This document shows positions 37,156 to 49,867 of a stretch of DNA of 64,000 nucleotides, one piece after another; position 1 is the first letter of the stretch; each line of letters opens with the position of its first letter. The notes under the pieces are model-generated. The model worked only from the letters and a program-made list of their open reading frames with translations, did not search any database and was not told where the DNA came from. The position numbers were made by a program, and so were the translations under genes. The stretch is from Vicugna vicugna (taxonomy: Eukaryota), in assembly GCA_013265495.1 (NCBI GenBank), contig MU058009.1, positions 3,985,780-4,049,779 on the forward strand, in the 5' to 3' direction.

Positions 37156-39474
37156 AATTACCAAAGCAAAGGAGCATTACCTTGCGTGGAGCATTGTACG
37201 CAGAGAGCCAGAGCCAAGCCAGTACAGAGGTGGAGGCGCCTTCTGGAAGTAGCCACGAGCCACGTGCTCTGCTTAGCACCCCACTGCTTTATGGAACGCC
37301 TGGGAAACTCTGGGATTCCGCACCAAGATCAGGGTTCTCCAATCCATCCACTTCCGTGTTTGCTTCTGCCTCTAAATATTCATCAGTAACATTTAAGACA
37401 AAGGAGAGATAATTACAAGGAGAGGTTTTTCAAGACATTAAAGGTTAACAGGATTCTTGGCATTTGTGTCCTGTCAATTTCCATGTAATTATGCTCAGTT
37501 CCCAGAATTCAGGGGCAGTTGTGACTGGTAATGCCTAAAGATGATATCCCTGGAAAATTTATAAGATCGTTTTTCAAAACATTCAGGTTCAAACCCAGCA
37601 CCTGGCTCATAGTCTGATGATTACTAATGTTCCTGGGTGAGAGTAGTAGTAAGTCCTGCATTGGAGACTGGGATGAAGGTGGATTTTTCCGTGAGGATGT
37701 GGTGAGCTAGCTTTCCCAGGAGCGAAACGCGTATACTGGAAATACTTACATGACCCAACGTGTAAGCGTCTCCTGTTTTGGTCTGATAGATAACAAGCAC
37801 ACGGGGTGGGGCACTCCAGTTCCCTAGAACTCTGCAGCCTCTTGGAAGGAAGAAAGGGGTCTGCAGAGATGTCTGTGTGTGGAGACGTCCAACCAGATGG
37901 CCTCGTGGACGGACACTGAGATATTAGATTCTAGATGTCCATTCAGTCACCCTGCTCCCATCGATTCAGTGTTCAGTGTGTTTTGCCTTGTTCCGGGCTG
38001 AGAGAGAGTAATCATGAATAAAGCGCCGTCCCTCCCTCCTTCTGTTCTCTTGTGCCTTCACGCTTGACCTTTGTAACATGCATTCCACGTGAGATGCACT
38101 CACGACCCGTACAGTCATTTCCAGCGTGTGTCTCCACAGCGGACTGCAGCCTTGGGGGCTGGGAGGAGGCCAGGACAGTCCCTGCTGCCTTATGTCACCT
38201 GCCCGGGTACACACCTGCTGCATGGATGTGAGAAGGCGGCCCGCATCCCAGCTGGGCAGTCAGGAGCACCTTGAGCCTGGATGTGGGAGAAAGAGTCCCA
38301 GGGCGCTTCTGGACTTGGGCTTGCCATCGGATCCCTGGGGCCCTGAGCGTGCTGTCCAGCTGTGTCTTCAGGGAATGGAAGTGGCTAATAGAGCTTCCCA
38401 GAGGAAGCTGTGGTTAGACTCTGGAGAGGCAAATGGTACGGGGCATAAGCTCTGAACACAGGTCTGTGTAGTTTCTATTGTGGGGGACTGTGGCTGTCAC
38501 AGCTCTCCTCCACAAGAGTGAAAAAGCAAAGCCTCGCATGGAAAATGGATGGCTCCCCATCCTGCCTTCAAGGGTGGGCTGGCACCGGGAAGCCAGGAGG
38601 TGGCAAAGAAAGACCATTGGACCAGGGGTGGAAAGGCACATGGAGCCATCCCGCTCTTATGAGGAGCTGAGCCTTCGGAAGGAGGGAGTCCAGAGAGGTG
38701 AGGGAAGCGCCCCAGGCACGTCGGGAGGTACTGGCCGCGGGGTGGACTGGGGTCACAGCCATTGTTACGAGAGGCAGTGAGGACTCAGACACGGAAGGAA
38801 TGGGCGAGGGAGCGGAGGACGGACAGAGGCAGTCAGACTAACTCTGCCTGACGGGCGCTTTGGCCCCGCTCGGGGTTCACACGAATTACACACCCATCCA
38901 TGTTCTTGCAGCATTCCAAAAATGCCCTTACCTAGTGTACACAGATGTTCTGGCGTGGGCGAGTGTAAGGTGTGCGGGGGAGGCTACGTGTAATTCCATC
39001 ATCCCCAGCGATGCGGACAATAGGATTACCGCGCAGATGGGAACCTGACATTAGGGAGGTCACAGCAGGTCACATCAGTTCAGACGCCCTCCTTACCTGT
39101 CTGGGACAGTGGCGATTTTGCATGGAAATCATACTTCAAAGGTTAGAGATATACATCAGACACCCCTAACCTAATAAACCGGTACAGGTCCGCCACCCAT
39201 TAATTTATCCACATCTCCATCTATCCTATTTAGCTATTATTTTGGCCTGTCTAACCTTTTATATGGACGTGCTTGTTTTCATCCTTAAACTGCCATCTTT
39301 CAGTTTCTTGGCATTCTTTTGATTTCTGGCCAGCACTTGGTCATTAAGGGTGTGTAGATCTTATCCTTCCATGTCATGAATACCAAACGTCTTCATCTTC
39401 CTCGTGGTCCTTCGTTTGGGAGTCCCCAGCCTGCCGGAAAATGATTTTTAATTTTTGAATTTTCCCCAGCTGTA

Positions 39475-40030
39475 CTATTCACTTAAATTCAACAAGTATT
39501 TATCAGAAACGTATGATACGGCATTGTGCGAGGCTTCAGGAATAGAAGAGACAGAATTTAAACTCTTACAAGTATTATTCATGTCAGACGTCCCAACGCA
39601 GTGGGCATTCCCCCAGGCTGAACAGGAAAGTCATGGTCTTTACGAGGAAGTCAGAACTTCAAAGGATGGTTAGACCTGAGCCTGAAAACGATGGGACACT
39701 ATTCTTGACAGAATCGCAGCATATGCAAAGGCCCTGTGTTGAGAAACAGGAACCTTGAGGGATTAAAATCATCATAAAGTCAAAAGTGGTGTGGCTCAAT
39801 AAAGGAAGACAGGACAGGAGGAACGGACAGAGCCTCAGAAAGCACTTAAAGGGTTTGGGACTCTATTCAAATTGCTGCGTGGAGCCAGTAAAGACTGAGT
39901 CAGGAGAGGAGTGACATGGCTCAGATTTTCAGGAAACCTTATTTCGCTGTGGAGTTTGAAACAGATCTGGCAAGAACAGAGGGAGGACATCCCTGGAAGG
40001 GGGTCTCATGATCCAAAGAAGAGAAGGAGA
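39475..40030 (-). mobile_element. L2 LINE 3' region
   Basis: Begins attcacttaaattcaacaagtatttatcaga and contains cagcatatgcaaaggccctgtg and ggagaggagtgacatggctcagattt, all L2 antisense motifs. Confidence 0.7.
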
Positions 40031-40549
40031 TGGCGCGGCGGCCAGGCCAGGGGGAGGGGCTGAGGCCGGGGGAGGCGGCCGCACGCGTCAGGCTGTGGAT
40101 GGAGAACTCAGAGTGGGGAGGACTGGCCGGAACCGTGCGGGAGGGGCCGGTGGTGACTGCAGCCTGAGTCGTGACTCAGAACTGGGCACGTGAAGTTCCT
40201 GATTCTTGCTGAGCTGCCGTGACAACTATCATGAGTAACATTTGAAGAATTGATACACAGTCATCTTGAGTAAAGGAAACATTTCTTGGTTTCTATTTTT
40301 CCAATATTCTTCAAATAGCTCTCATCAAATATTAGGCCCAGCATTTATTTTGGCACAAAGTCCTGAGACCCGCCGACAGCAATCTGTACTGTCATCGTCC
40401 CGAGGGGATCGTAAGGACCGCGGCTTGGGGGCCAGCCGTCATGACTGTTTCCAGCATTGTTTTCCTGGGTTGTTAAAAAAAGAAATAGATGCTGGCGGCC
40501 AGTGTGGAGCCTATACCGCACATCAGGCCCATCACTGGGTACTTCATGT

Positions 40550-40710
40550 GCCATCTCATTTAGCCCGCACGGGAACTGTATGGGGCAGGCGATACTCCTA
40601 TTTAACACAGGAGAAAACGGGCTCTGAGGGGCAAGGAAATCACCCAAGGGCAAGCTGGCAACTTGTGGGGCTTAGGCTGAAAGTCAGAGCCATGAAGCCT
40701 GACCTCCTCC
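40550..40710 (-). mobile_element. MIR SINE
   Basis: atctcatttagcccgcacgggaactgtatggggcaggcgatactcctatttaacacaggagaaaacgggctctgagggg...cacccaagg. Confidence 0.65.
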
Positions 40711-42401
40711 TCGGCCCTCCTGCCCCGTCGCCCAGCCTCCAGCGTCAAATAGCACGCTTTGCATGGTCTTTCCTCAAATGTGCGCCTCTGCACGCTCGCG
40801 TAGCTCTGTGGATTATTTGCAGCTCCTCCATGTCAACGGAAGATTTAATTACTCAAGGGACCTTAATGTCTTCTGCAAACTTGGGAGCGTTCTTTATGAA
40901 TTCCCTTTGACACATCATTGACAGAAATATTACATTTGGTTTATCCCAGCAACTCTCCCCTGGGGAATCTGGTGCTAATGCTTCTCCGTATAGAAACATG
41001 CCAATCTCTCCTTGATTTGTGCTTTAGCTTGAAGCTAATTCTCTACTTTGGGGGGAAAAAAAAGTTTGTCTCCTCGTTGCCCATTTCCTTTTAAAGCATC
41101 TTTGGTCCTGACCCCTGGTGGACACCGCTGTGAAAGCTTCGGTGGGTCATTTTCCTGCGTCGCCCCTTAGTCACACGTCCGCGCACAACGTTGTCCCTGC
41201 TCTCCCTCCCCCGGTTCAGAGCTACCCAGTCCTCACCCAAGTTCACTGTCCCAGGCCACTCCCAAGATGCTTGTGGCTCTCCGCTAACCTGGATGAACAA
41301 AGTGTAGACAAGGCTCAGGGAACTCCCTGCCACGTCGGCTCCCGGGTTGGCAGGGATGGGACGTCCTGCCCGCAGCCTCGGGGGCTTTGTGGGAAAGACC
41401 CTGAGCTGCCAAAGGCGATGCCAAAAAGACAGACAGGCGCGAGCCGGGGAGTGCAGAAGCCTGCAGAAGCGTGTTCAATTATTTCTTCAATTTCTAAGAT
41501 CCAGTAAAACAAAGAATAGAGACACTTTGAATACGGAGGAGGATTTGTTTTCTGACTGAAGACACGGCACGGATTTGTGTAGTGTCTTTAGTCTAACTTG
41601 ACGGTGATTGAAGTAAAGGAGAGAAAAGCAAGTGGGGTAGCTGGTGTGTGAGATCAGTCAGAAACACGGGGATGTGTGGGCCCCGCAGGCGGTGCAGACG
41701 GGAAGCCTTCTGCAAGCAGACAGCTGAGGGGAGGTCTGGTCCTCTTAAAAATGGGCGGGGTGCCTTCCCATCTGCCCGCCCGCCCCATCTCTGCCCGCTG
41801 CTCCTCCCGCCCAAGTCCATCGCGTACCCACCCCCCACCCCTCTCCAGGCCCTGCAAGGCAGGCAGTGAACGCTCACAAGTCTAGCTCAGGGACCTACAC
41901 CTTTAGAAACCTCAGGGTGAGTTATTTCAGTCTCCACCACTTCCCACTTCTTGAGGAAAGTCACCTCGGCTTGAACACTAACCCATCAGATTAGCTGTTT
42001 ACCTGCAATGTGTACGTTTCACTAGTAGACTGATTTGATGAAACCAATGAGCATGTGTGTGTGTGCTGCAGAAATGTCGTCAACGTGTTAAAAATCATAG
42101 CAAAATAACATCCCAGAGGTTCAGCTGGAGCTACATTTATCATAAAAAATATTGATTGATTTCAGGGGTGGCAAAGCTCAGTTTTACCCAGTTACACTCT
42201 CACTGCCCCTTCCAAAGCAGCATGACTCAGGGATGAATTCACAGCTTAGTCCTTTACGTACAACTGCCATTACAAAATGTTCTTTGCGACACACAGAATT
42301 ATATCTGCAGCTGTCTACATCTACATATACGTACACACACACACAGAGTTTGCTACGTATCCTGAACGGCTTATCCTAAGAAACTCAGGAGAGACTCAGA
42401 C

Positions 42402-42402
<1 letters not shown>

Positions 42403-42471
<69 letters not shown>
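42403..42471 (+). repeat. Pure poly(A) tract, 69 nt
   Basis: Counted directly; followed by A-rich caaaagcaaaaaacaaa. Confidence 0.95.
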
Positions 42472-42472
<1 letters not shown>

Positions 42473-42504
42473 AAAAGCAAAAAACAAACCCAGAATGAGT
42501 CTAA

Positions 42505-42614
42505 GGAAAAAAAAGGACCAAACAGGAAAGAAAGAGAGAGAGAAATTCAAAATAAAAAAGGGAAAAAAAGTACCAAAAAGAAAGAAAGAGAGAGAGAAAT
42601 TCAAAATAAAAAAG
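42505..42614. repeat. Two-copy tandem duplication (~54-56-bp unit)
   Basis: An identical 35-mer gaaagaaagagagagagaaattcaaaataaaaaag lies at 42526-42560 and 42580-42614, each preceded by ggaaaaaaa(a)g(g/t)acca. Confidence 0.9.
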
Positions 42615-43224
42615 AAGAGGCTGGAGAGAGAGATGTCTGGAACACACAATAAATAAAGCCCTTACTGAAGAGCGGGGACGAAGAGGCCCCAGAAGGTCCA
42701 AAGACACAGGGTATAAAACTTGCTAGTCCTGTTGACCTCGGAAGCCCTTCCAACCATGATATTCTAACAGTCTAGTCTTAAAAGGATGGCTTAAATACGC
42801 TCTTTATGGCCAGAAGCCTGGCGCAGATGATGGTCCAAACTGCCGTGTCCCAGCTAGGCGTTGGGGGAAGATTCCCAGACGGGCCATTAATTTAGATTTA
42901 ATAGGACAGTTACTGTAAGTTTAAATAAATGCCAGTTAAATATTAACAGCCTATTTATTGAAGATTAACACTGCTGGTTGCATTGTGGAATTTTCTTTTC
43001 CTTAAAGAAACCCTTTATCGGAAGACTTTTAATCACCTTGGCGCCTCCATCGCCTGCCTTAGATGCAGGGCAGCTCGTTAATTACTTTGTACCGCAGTTT
43101 TCTGAGTTTGACGTGGACACCTTGGTGGGTGAGGACGGTGGACGGCTGGGATGAGGAGCGAGATTTCTCAATAGGAAATCTCATGAGCTAAGAAGAGTGT
43201 TGAGAAGCGTGCAAACTGCATGCT

Positions 43225-43310
43225 GTGAGAGTTGGAAGGGGACTTGGAGGTCACTTGACTCACACGCCTCACTTAGAAGGGAAGCAGAAGTGACCCAGGC
43301 AACGCCAGGG
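43225..43310 (-). mobile_element. MIR-family fragment
   Basis: gtgagagttggaaggggacttggaggtcacttgactc...gcagaagtgacccagg. Confidence 0.45.
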
Positions 43311-45529
43311 AGCCAGTAAGTGACCGACTGGGGGCCAAGTGCAGCGCCCTGGTCCCCCCCCCCCAGGCTATCGTCTTGCTCTCAAATAGTGCTTCTAGCT
43401 CTCAAAAGTGCATTGGCCCATTTGGATGCGTCAGGCACTGGATTTTCCCAAAGACCCACGTATCGTGGAGAGGTTGGTTCTCTTGAAAAGAAAGAAGCTA
43501 AGAAATCAAAAAGAGCAAGTGACTTATTTAAGGAGACACAATGACGGCCTGAATTAAGACTTGGATCCAGATTCTCCGGTTCACAAAATATTTACAAAAT
43601 GCCACCTCCGATCAAAAGTACCGTCAAACCCATGCGTACAAATGGAGTGTACTGAGCAAGTCCTTACCTCATTGAAATTCACCTCTGCTGCTGCCGCTTC
43701 TGGCTGAGGAGAAATGCAGAAAATGCATGAAACAAAGGTTCAAGTGAGACGTGAGTGAAAGGCGTGCGGAGGAGACGGAAGGCTAGGCCCTCCGATGGGG
43801 GCTTCGGGGTTTAAGCTCCAAGTTTGGGGGTGGGTGAGATGGCCATTCAAAGGGCTCCTTCTAGGTGAGAAGCTGCGAGAGAGTCTGGTGGGGCTGCGTC
43901 CTGCAGACATCAGAACGGGTGTATCTGTGCGGGCGGGCAAGCCCTGCTCCCGTGCCCAAGGCCACCGGCTAATCCTGCAGGGCGGCCGTGGGCTGTCCCA
44001 CGCAGGCCCTGGGAGGTGAGGCAGGCTCTGCGGATCAGTGTCCAGTGTCTGGTGTCAGTCTGGACCCGGCCCGGGGCAGGGGGCTTTGGCCCACAGGAGC
44101 CCACGGGAGCCAAGACGGGCCAAAGCCCCATGAAAGGGACACAGGTGCTACTTAGCCTGGGCGGGGCGGCCCGTCTTGCTCTCAGGCCACTTCCCCTCTC
44201 CGGGTCCACGTGGGAGCAGGGCAGATCCGCGTTCCCAGGAAGCCCCGTCCTCCTTCTCAAGCGCAGGCTGGTTCCCGCGGGCCTGTGTCTGCGTTTTTCA
44301 AGACACTGGGGTGGGAACCGGAGGGTCCCCCTCTTCCTGCCCTGGTTTGAAGGCTAAGCTACTCCCGTTTCCGCCCACATCTCAGCGGGAAGTGTCTGCC
44401 CCGTCCCTGGGACGACACCCTCGGGCTGTGCACAGGGCTGGTGCCCTCGGGCTGCTCCCGGGTTCCCGGAGTAGATACCACGCCCGGACCCTCTGGAGGA
44501 GGGAGGCCCACGCACCGGCCTCCCCTCCAGGCCCCACGCTCGGCCCCTGCGGAGGAGCAGGCCCTGTGCTGAAGGCTGTCCATCCGGGCTCTCCCTGCAG
44601 CCCCGCACCAGCCCGCTCTGGTCCGTACCATTCTCACCACCGGCTCACAGGTGAGGTCACCCCACAGGGTCGCACGGCTGGTGATGGAGGAGACAATGCT
44701 CCCCTTCGGGTCTGTCTGACTGCAAAGCCCCCAGTCATTCTTAAACAGTAAATATGCACTGAAAGAATCAATGAATGCGTGAACACAGGACGCGGAAGCG
44801 GTCGGGGTTTTCAGTCGGCAGAGCACTTCAGACGTACCCAGCCCAGGCTTACACGAGCGCAGTCTGTGAGTATAAAGCGCAGCCTGCCCAGGCTCCTTCC
44901 GGTCGGTCTTGGGTTGTGGAGCATTCTGTCCAGCCTGCAACCAGATTCCCGCCCAGCCGCTTGCGCATTCATCTCTTCTCACTGTTAGGCCCCAGTTTAA
45001 AGCCGTTTCCTCAGGGAAACGTCTCGTGGTCTCCCAGATTCCACGAGAGACTTCTACCATGTGCGTCCTTCCATCCCCCACCCCCCGTGCTCGCCGCCCT
45101 TGTGACTGCCGTCCAGTCAAGTTCTTGCCTTAACGTCTGTGTCCTCTGCTAGGGCTGGACGCTCGCCGATTTGTTTCTGTCTCTCTCGCGCACAGCACAA
45201 ACCCACCACCTAGCGCATCTCTGGCACTTCGTGTGCACTGAATAAAAACATCCTTGTCAGGAGCATGAATTTCTTCCCTACGTTTAAAAATCCTTGCGAG
45301 CCCCCCTCCCCCTCCGGTGCCACTTTAAATGGAGCTCAGGAAACCACGGTCAGTGCCTGGAAATCTGAACCCGCATCATGGGATCAGCTTCCCACGGGAG
45401 AGACACGTCCCAGCTCTCTTTTCTTAGCAGAGAGAGTGCGCTGGGGACCCCCAGGGAGCGTGGGGCTGAGCTCATTCCAGCTTGAACTTTCGTGGACGGA
45501 AATGAGAGAACAACTGATCAACCCAACAG

Positions 45530-45640
45530 CCCTGGACTGTGAGCAAACTGAGGGCAGGGAGATGTCTTTCGTCCTCGTATCTCTGACGCCCAGCACAGCT
45601 CCTGGCCTGCAGGAGGCGCTCAGAGTCTACTTGTTGAGGT
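45530..45640 (+). mobile_element. L2 3' terminal fragment
   Basis: tggactgtgagcaaactgagggcagggagatgtctttcgtcctcgtatctctgacgcccagcacagctcctggcctgcaggaggcgctca is a classic L2 end. Confidence 0.75.
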
Positions 45641-45804
45641 TTGCTGACTACACTGAGTTCCCCTGACAAACCGGACGCCCAGAGGTACCCACACTGGGCA
45701 GTAACGCTTGCGTTTCCGTGGTTCTCCCATGTGCCAAAGATGCAGCAAAGGAGATCTACGACTTTGCCCTTCAGCAGGGCCCTCACCCGACAGGGAGAGC
45801 GGAG

Positions 45805-45945
45805 CGGACACTGGAGCCAGAGCCAGCCGTCCTGAGTTCCTGTCCTGACTTGCCAGTTGTTACCCTTATGTCCTGTGATGCACGAGTCCTCCCCCTGGGC
45901 TCACACCCCCGCTTATGAGATGAGTGGTTTACGTTCAGTGCCTTT
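45805..45945 (+). mobile_element. MIR SINE (diverged)
   Basis: actggagccagagccagccgtcctgagttcctgtcctgacttgccagttgttacc resembles the MIR 5' region and core. Confidence 0.4.
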
Positions 45946-46945
45946 CCAGGCTTCTTCTGGCCACTTCACTCTGGGGTTCTGTGAATCCAGGGTCTTCTTA
46001 GAACCCACAACCTAGGTAAGGAGAGATTCCTCCCGGGGACCTCTGGCTCCGGCGGTGCTCCCCTCTGGGGCACCCGCTCTGGCTTTGGTGATAGTTTGAC
46101 TTTGGACATTTGTGCTGCTTCGCTTTACTTTTCTGTCCGATGATTCCACTGACCACTTCTCCACTTTTTGTACTCAACAGAGCTTCACGCCTTTCAGAGT
46201 CTATGGGCAGCCTGACCCCAGCCACTCCCCCCATCCTCTGCCTCCTCCACTGTCCCTGTTCCTGGCCGCTTTGCTTTCCCCGGACATTTCTTCCCCGTCT
46301 CCAGGTTGCTCTTTGGCTCTTCCCACTGGGACCCTAACATGCTAGACAGCAGCCCCAGTGAACAGTGGCTGCATTTGGATCCTATACTCCTCTAAGGGGA
46401 GAAAGCAGCACGCGTTTTCCCAGAGTCCAGCCCTGCCTACTCCCCGAGCCACCTCCTTAGCCAGATGGACACCGCCTGTTCGATTCCCCCTCCCGCCGCC
46501 TGTGCGGTGCCAGGCTGCCCTCACTGCCCTGCGCGTCGCAGCCTCTCGCCCGCCTCTCGCCCGCGCGCCTATGTGGAGTCTCCACCAGGAGAGGGGGCCT
46601 GTCGCCTTGTCAGGGAAGGAGAAGCCGCCCTGGCATTTCTTCAGCGAGGGCCCTTCTTTGGGTCCGTGTGTGTGGAACGTGCACTGCTCTCTTGCTGGGC
46701 CCCCGCTTGCTGCAGGGAACACAGAGTCAAACACAAACAACAGCTGAGCTCACTTTCCCGGCGAGTCTCTCCCCTTCCAAGCCTGCTTCAGCGCAGAGAC
46801 GCCGCGGCTGCAGGAGCCTCCAACGGCCCACGTCCTCACCTGCCCGCCAGCGCTCCGGGTCTGCCCGGCACGCTCCTGCGCTCCCCCTCCTTCGCAGTCA
46901 TGGGATTATTAAGGGGGATATGATTGCGTTCCTCTGTTCAGACAG

Positions 46946-47066
46946 GGTGTGTGTGAGTGTGTGTGCCTGTGTGTGTGTGTGTACATGTGTGCCTGTGTGT
47001 ATGTGCATGCCTGCGTGTGTGTGCCTGTGTGTGTGTATGTGCCTGTGTGTGTACGTGTGCGCGCGC
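46946..47066. repeat. Degenerate (TG)n tract ending in (CG)n
   Basis: Read directly; it ends in gtacgtgtgcgcgcgc. Confidence 0.9.
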
Positions 47067-49853
47067 CATGAGCTTGAAAGGCATTGTCCTGTAGATGTTT
47101 CTATAACCTGAAGCAGTTACAGCTGTCAGCACAGAGACAAGCTGTGACAAGCTGATCTGTGTGCGCAGATTGCTTCTATAAAGGACACAAATAATGAAAT
47201 TGCTCTGACTGCCATGCCATTCTCATGAACTCAGATATGCTGGGAAAAATTAAAATAAATCCAGCAGTTCCTATGAAGCGAGGGGCAGGATGTAAGATCA
47301 GCCACTCAGTGTTGTTTACATTTCGGGATTAGGGGGTGAGAAGGGAGTTGACATATGATTTTGATCTTTATCTATTCAAACCACTTCAATAATGAGTTTC
47401 GGTAAAATGGATTCTGCCCTGTTACTTGTGCGGGCATCCCTGGCCTCTCACCGCTTTCTCAATTTCCGTTTTTGAACGGAGTTTGGATTCCCTGGGCCCA
47501 CAGAGCAGCTATGCGGCCACCAGGGGCTTTTCTTTGTCCGCCCTGAGCGTTACCTGCTCTCTGCTGGGTCTTCTGCCGGCCAGGCTGGGAGGCTGCCGCT
47601 CGCCACTCCGCCTTCCCTGGCCGGGGGCAGAGATGGTTTGCCTGTCTGAGATCAACCGCACGCAGACCGGTATGAACCGAACACCTTGCAGAGCCTGCGA
47701 GGAGAGTTATTTTTCTGCCTGGCTATAGTAATGAAGTGGTGGCCGGCAAAACGTATTAATAAACCATCTTCCACCTTAAATGGATTTCTAAGTATTTCGC
47801 TGTAGAGTTAATCATGTATGTGGGCCCCTGGGGAAGGCCTGTTGTTGTCATTACCCACGTTCCTAGATGTGAAAACTAATGCGTATTTGTACCTGCCTGG
47901 GAATTAGAAGCAAGAGCCAGGGTGAGAATTCATCACGAAGGGACCCGTCCCTCCATTCTCAAGCCTGTAGGGAAATGGCTCCAAAGCCCAGAGTGAGTCC
48001 CTCTTGCCTCTTCACTGCTGACATTTCTTTCCCCTTGAGGGGGTAGGCTGTGTTTATGAAGAGGAGTTGGGGGGGAGCGGGAGGGGTGGTTCAAAACAGG
48101 TGGATGGAAGATGAGAGGTAACCCCTTGGCTTCTGCAGAAGGAGAACCCCAAATTCGGCAGACAAAGTCAGCGATCCTGATCTCAGGCCCGGTGTTTGCT
48201 GTCACAGAACGTCGTAGCTGGTGAGATCCGCAGGTTCCCATTGCAAAGTGAAGCTAAAGCAGGGACACGTGAGAAAGGACTCGTGCTGAGATAGGCTCCT
48301 TCTCCTCCTTTTCTCTCCAAAGGATGAACAAAGCCTCCTGCTCTCTGTAGACATATATATATTTTTTCCTGATAGTAAAGTCATTCTTTGTGGCCATAAG
48401 TTGACAATTGACTTTTTTGGTGCTATCTATCAAGTGGTCCCTACTGGCCAAAACGAGCAGGTGGGTTTCCCTGCGAGTTTAATATCAGAAAAGTCACCAG
48501 AGGAGACGAGGGGGAAATGTGATGGATCCACCGTGTAAGCTGCTTGACTTTCCATGGCCAATCACTTTCTGGTCAGTTGTTAAAACAGGGAGGGGGCGTG
48601 ATGACTGAAACGCCGTCATCACTCAGACGCGTGTGATCTCCACCTAAGTGGGGCGACCCCTTGAAAGGTGCATGGACTTCTGTGGCACCGAGACCCTTAC
48701 AGTATCAGTGATTCCATTAGAATGATTCAGCTCTTTGGTGTTGGCTGGATGGCTTTTGGGGAGAACATTTTTGTTGTTGTTGTCATTTAACAGCTGTTTA
48801 AAAACCAAAAAAAAAAGCTTCCTGGTTGGATTTGGTAGAGCGTCTAGGCGGAAAACAAAGCCACTGCTGCCTCCTCTCTCTCCCCTGGGAGAATCTGGGT
48901 CAGTGCAGGGAGCTCAGACTGGAGTCCCCAAGAAGAGAGTGTGCTGTTGTCAGCGTGCTGGGTGGGCTGTGCGGCTCTCGGCTTCCCCCCTCATTCAGGA
49001 GCCGAGCCCAGGAGGGAAGGAACTGCATCCCATCGGAGCTGAAGTCAAAGGAAATATACAACTGTAGGCACAGAGGGACCCACAGCAGCCAGAGAGGGGG
49101 AGTGACAGGAGCTGAGGCCCATGCAGCTTTTCCCTGGGTTTCAAGAATTTGGAAAGCACACCTCTTAGAAGGAGATCAGCTCTGTAAGAGTGAAGCCCAG
49201 GAGACCTGGGAGTATCGATAAAGCCAGGGGCTCACAGTCATTCATCTGAGTGAGCACTTTGCAGGGCTAGCATCTTTTAATGTCGACAAAACAAGAATAA
49301 AGAATGTAAGTCGGTGTCGGAACTTGACCAAAATTTTGATGTGGTTTTGCCAGTTTCGCACACTAAAAGGCTTCTGGGATCTTGCATTTGTTTTATATAT
49401 GGAAGATCTCTATTTAGAGGTGTTTAATGCAGCTTTTGGGGCTGGGGGGCTGACAGTTGAATAAAAATGAGATTATTCTAAAACATCCTCCCAACACTTT
49501 AAATTTACTCTAACTGCTAATGAATTAATCTGATAAATTTAAAGGTGCACGCATGCATTCTGCAGGGTTTTCCTTTTCTAGTTAATTAGTTTGTGACCCT
49601 TATTAAGATGTCTTGGGCTTATTAAGACTGCGTGGTAACTTTGCCTTTCTCCTGAATTTGGGAGTGATGGCTCTTCAAGGGGGAAATGGTTAAACTCCTC
49701 GCCTGGGCTCGTGCGCGGCCGCGGCGCGGCGCGGCGGGGGTTAAGGTGGGCGCCCGCGCCCCGCGCCCGCCGCCCGCCGCCCGCCGGGATGCGCGCAGCC
49801 CGCCCGCTCGCTCGGCGCCGGCACCGCGGAGAGCGGCGGTCAGCGATGGAGCC

Positions 49854-49867
49854 GCTGCCATGACAAC
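49854..49867. promoter_or_regulatory. RFX X-box-like site GCTGCCATGACAAC
   Basis: Close match to the RFX consensus GTTGCCATGGCAAC, located inside the CpG island. Confidence 0.5.

Noticed and set aside
42277-42649. Poly-Lys and poly-Phe ORFs
   Set aside because: They are translations of the poly(A) tract.
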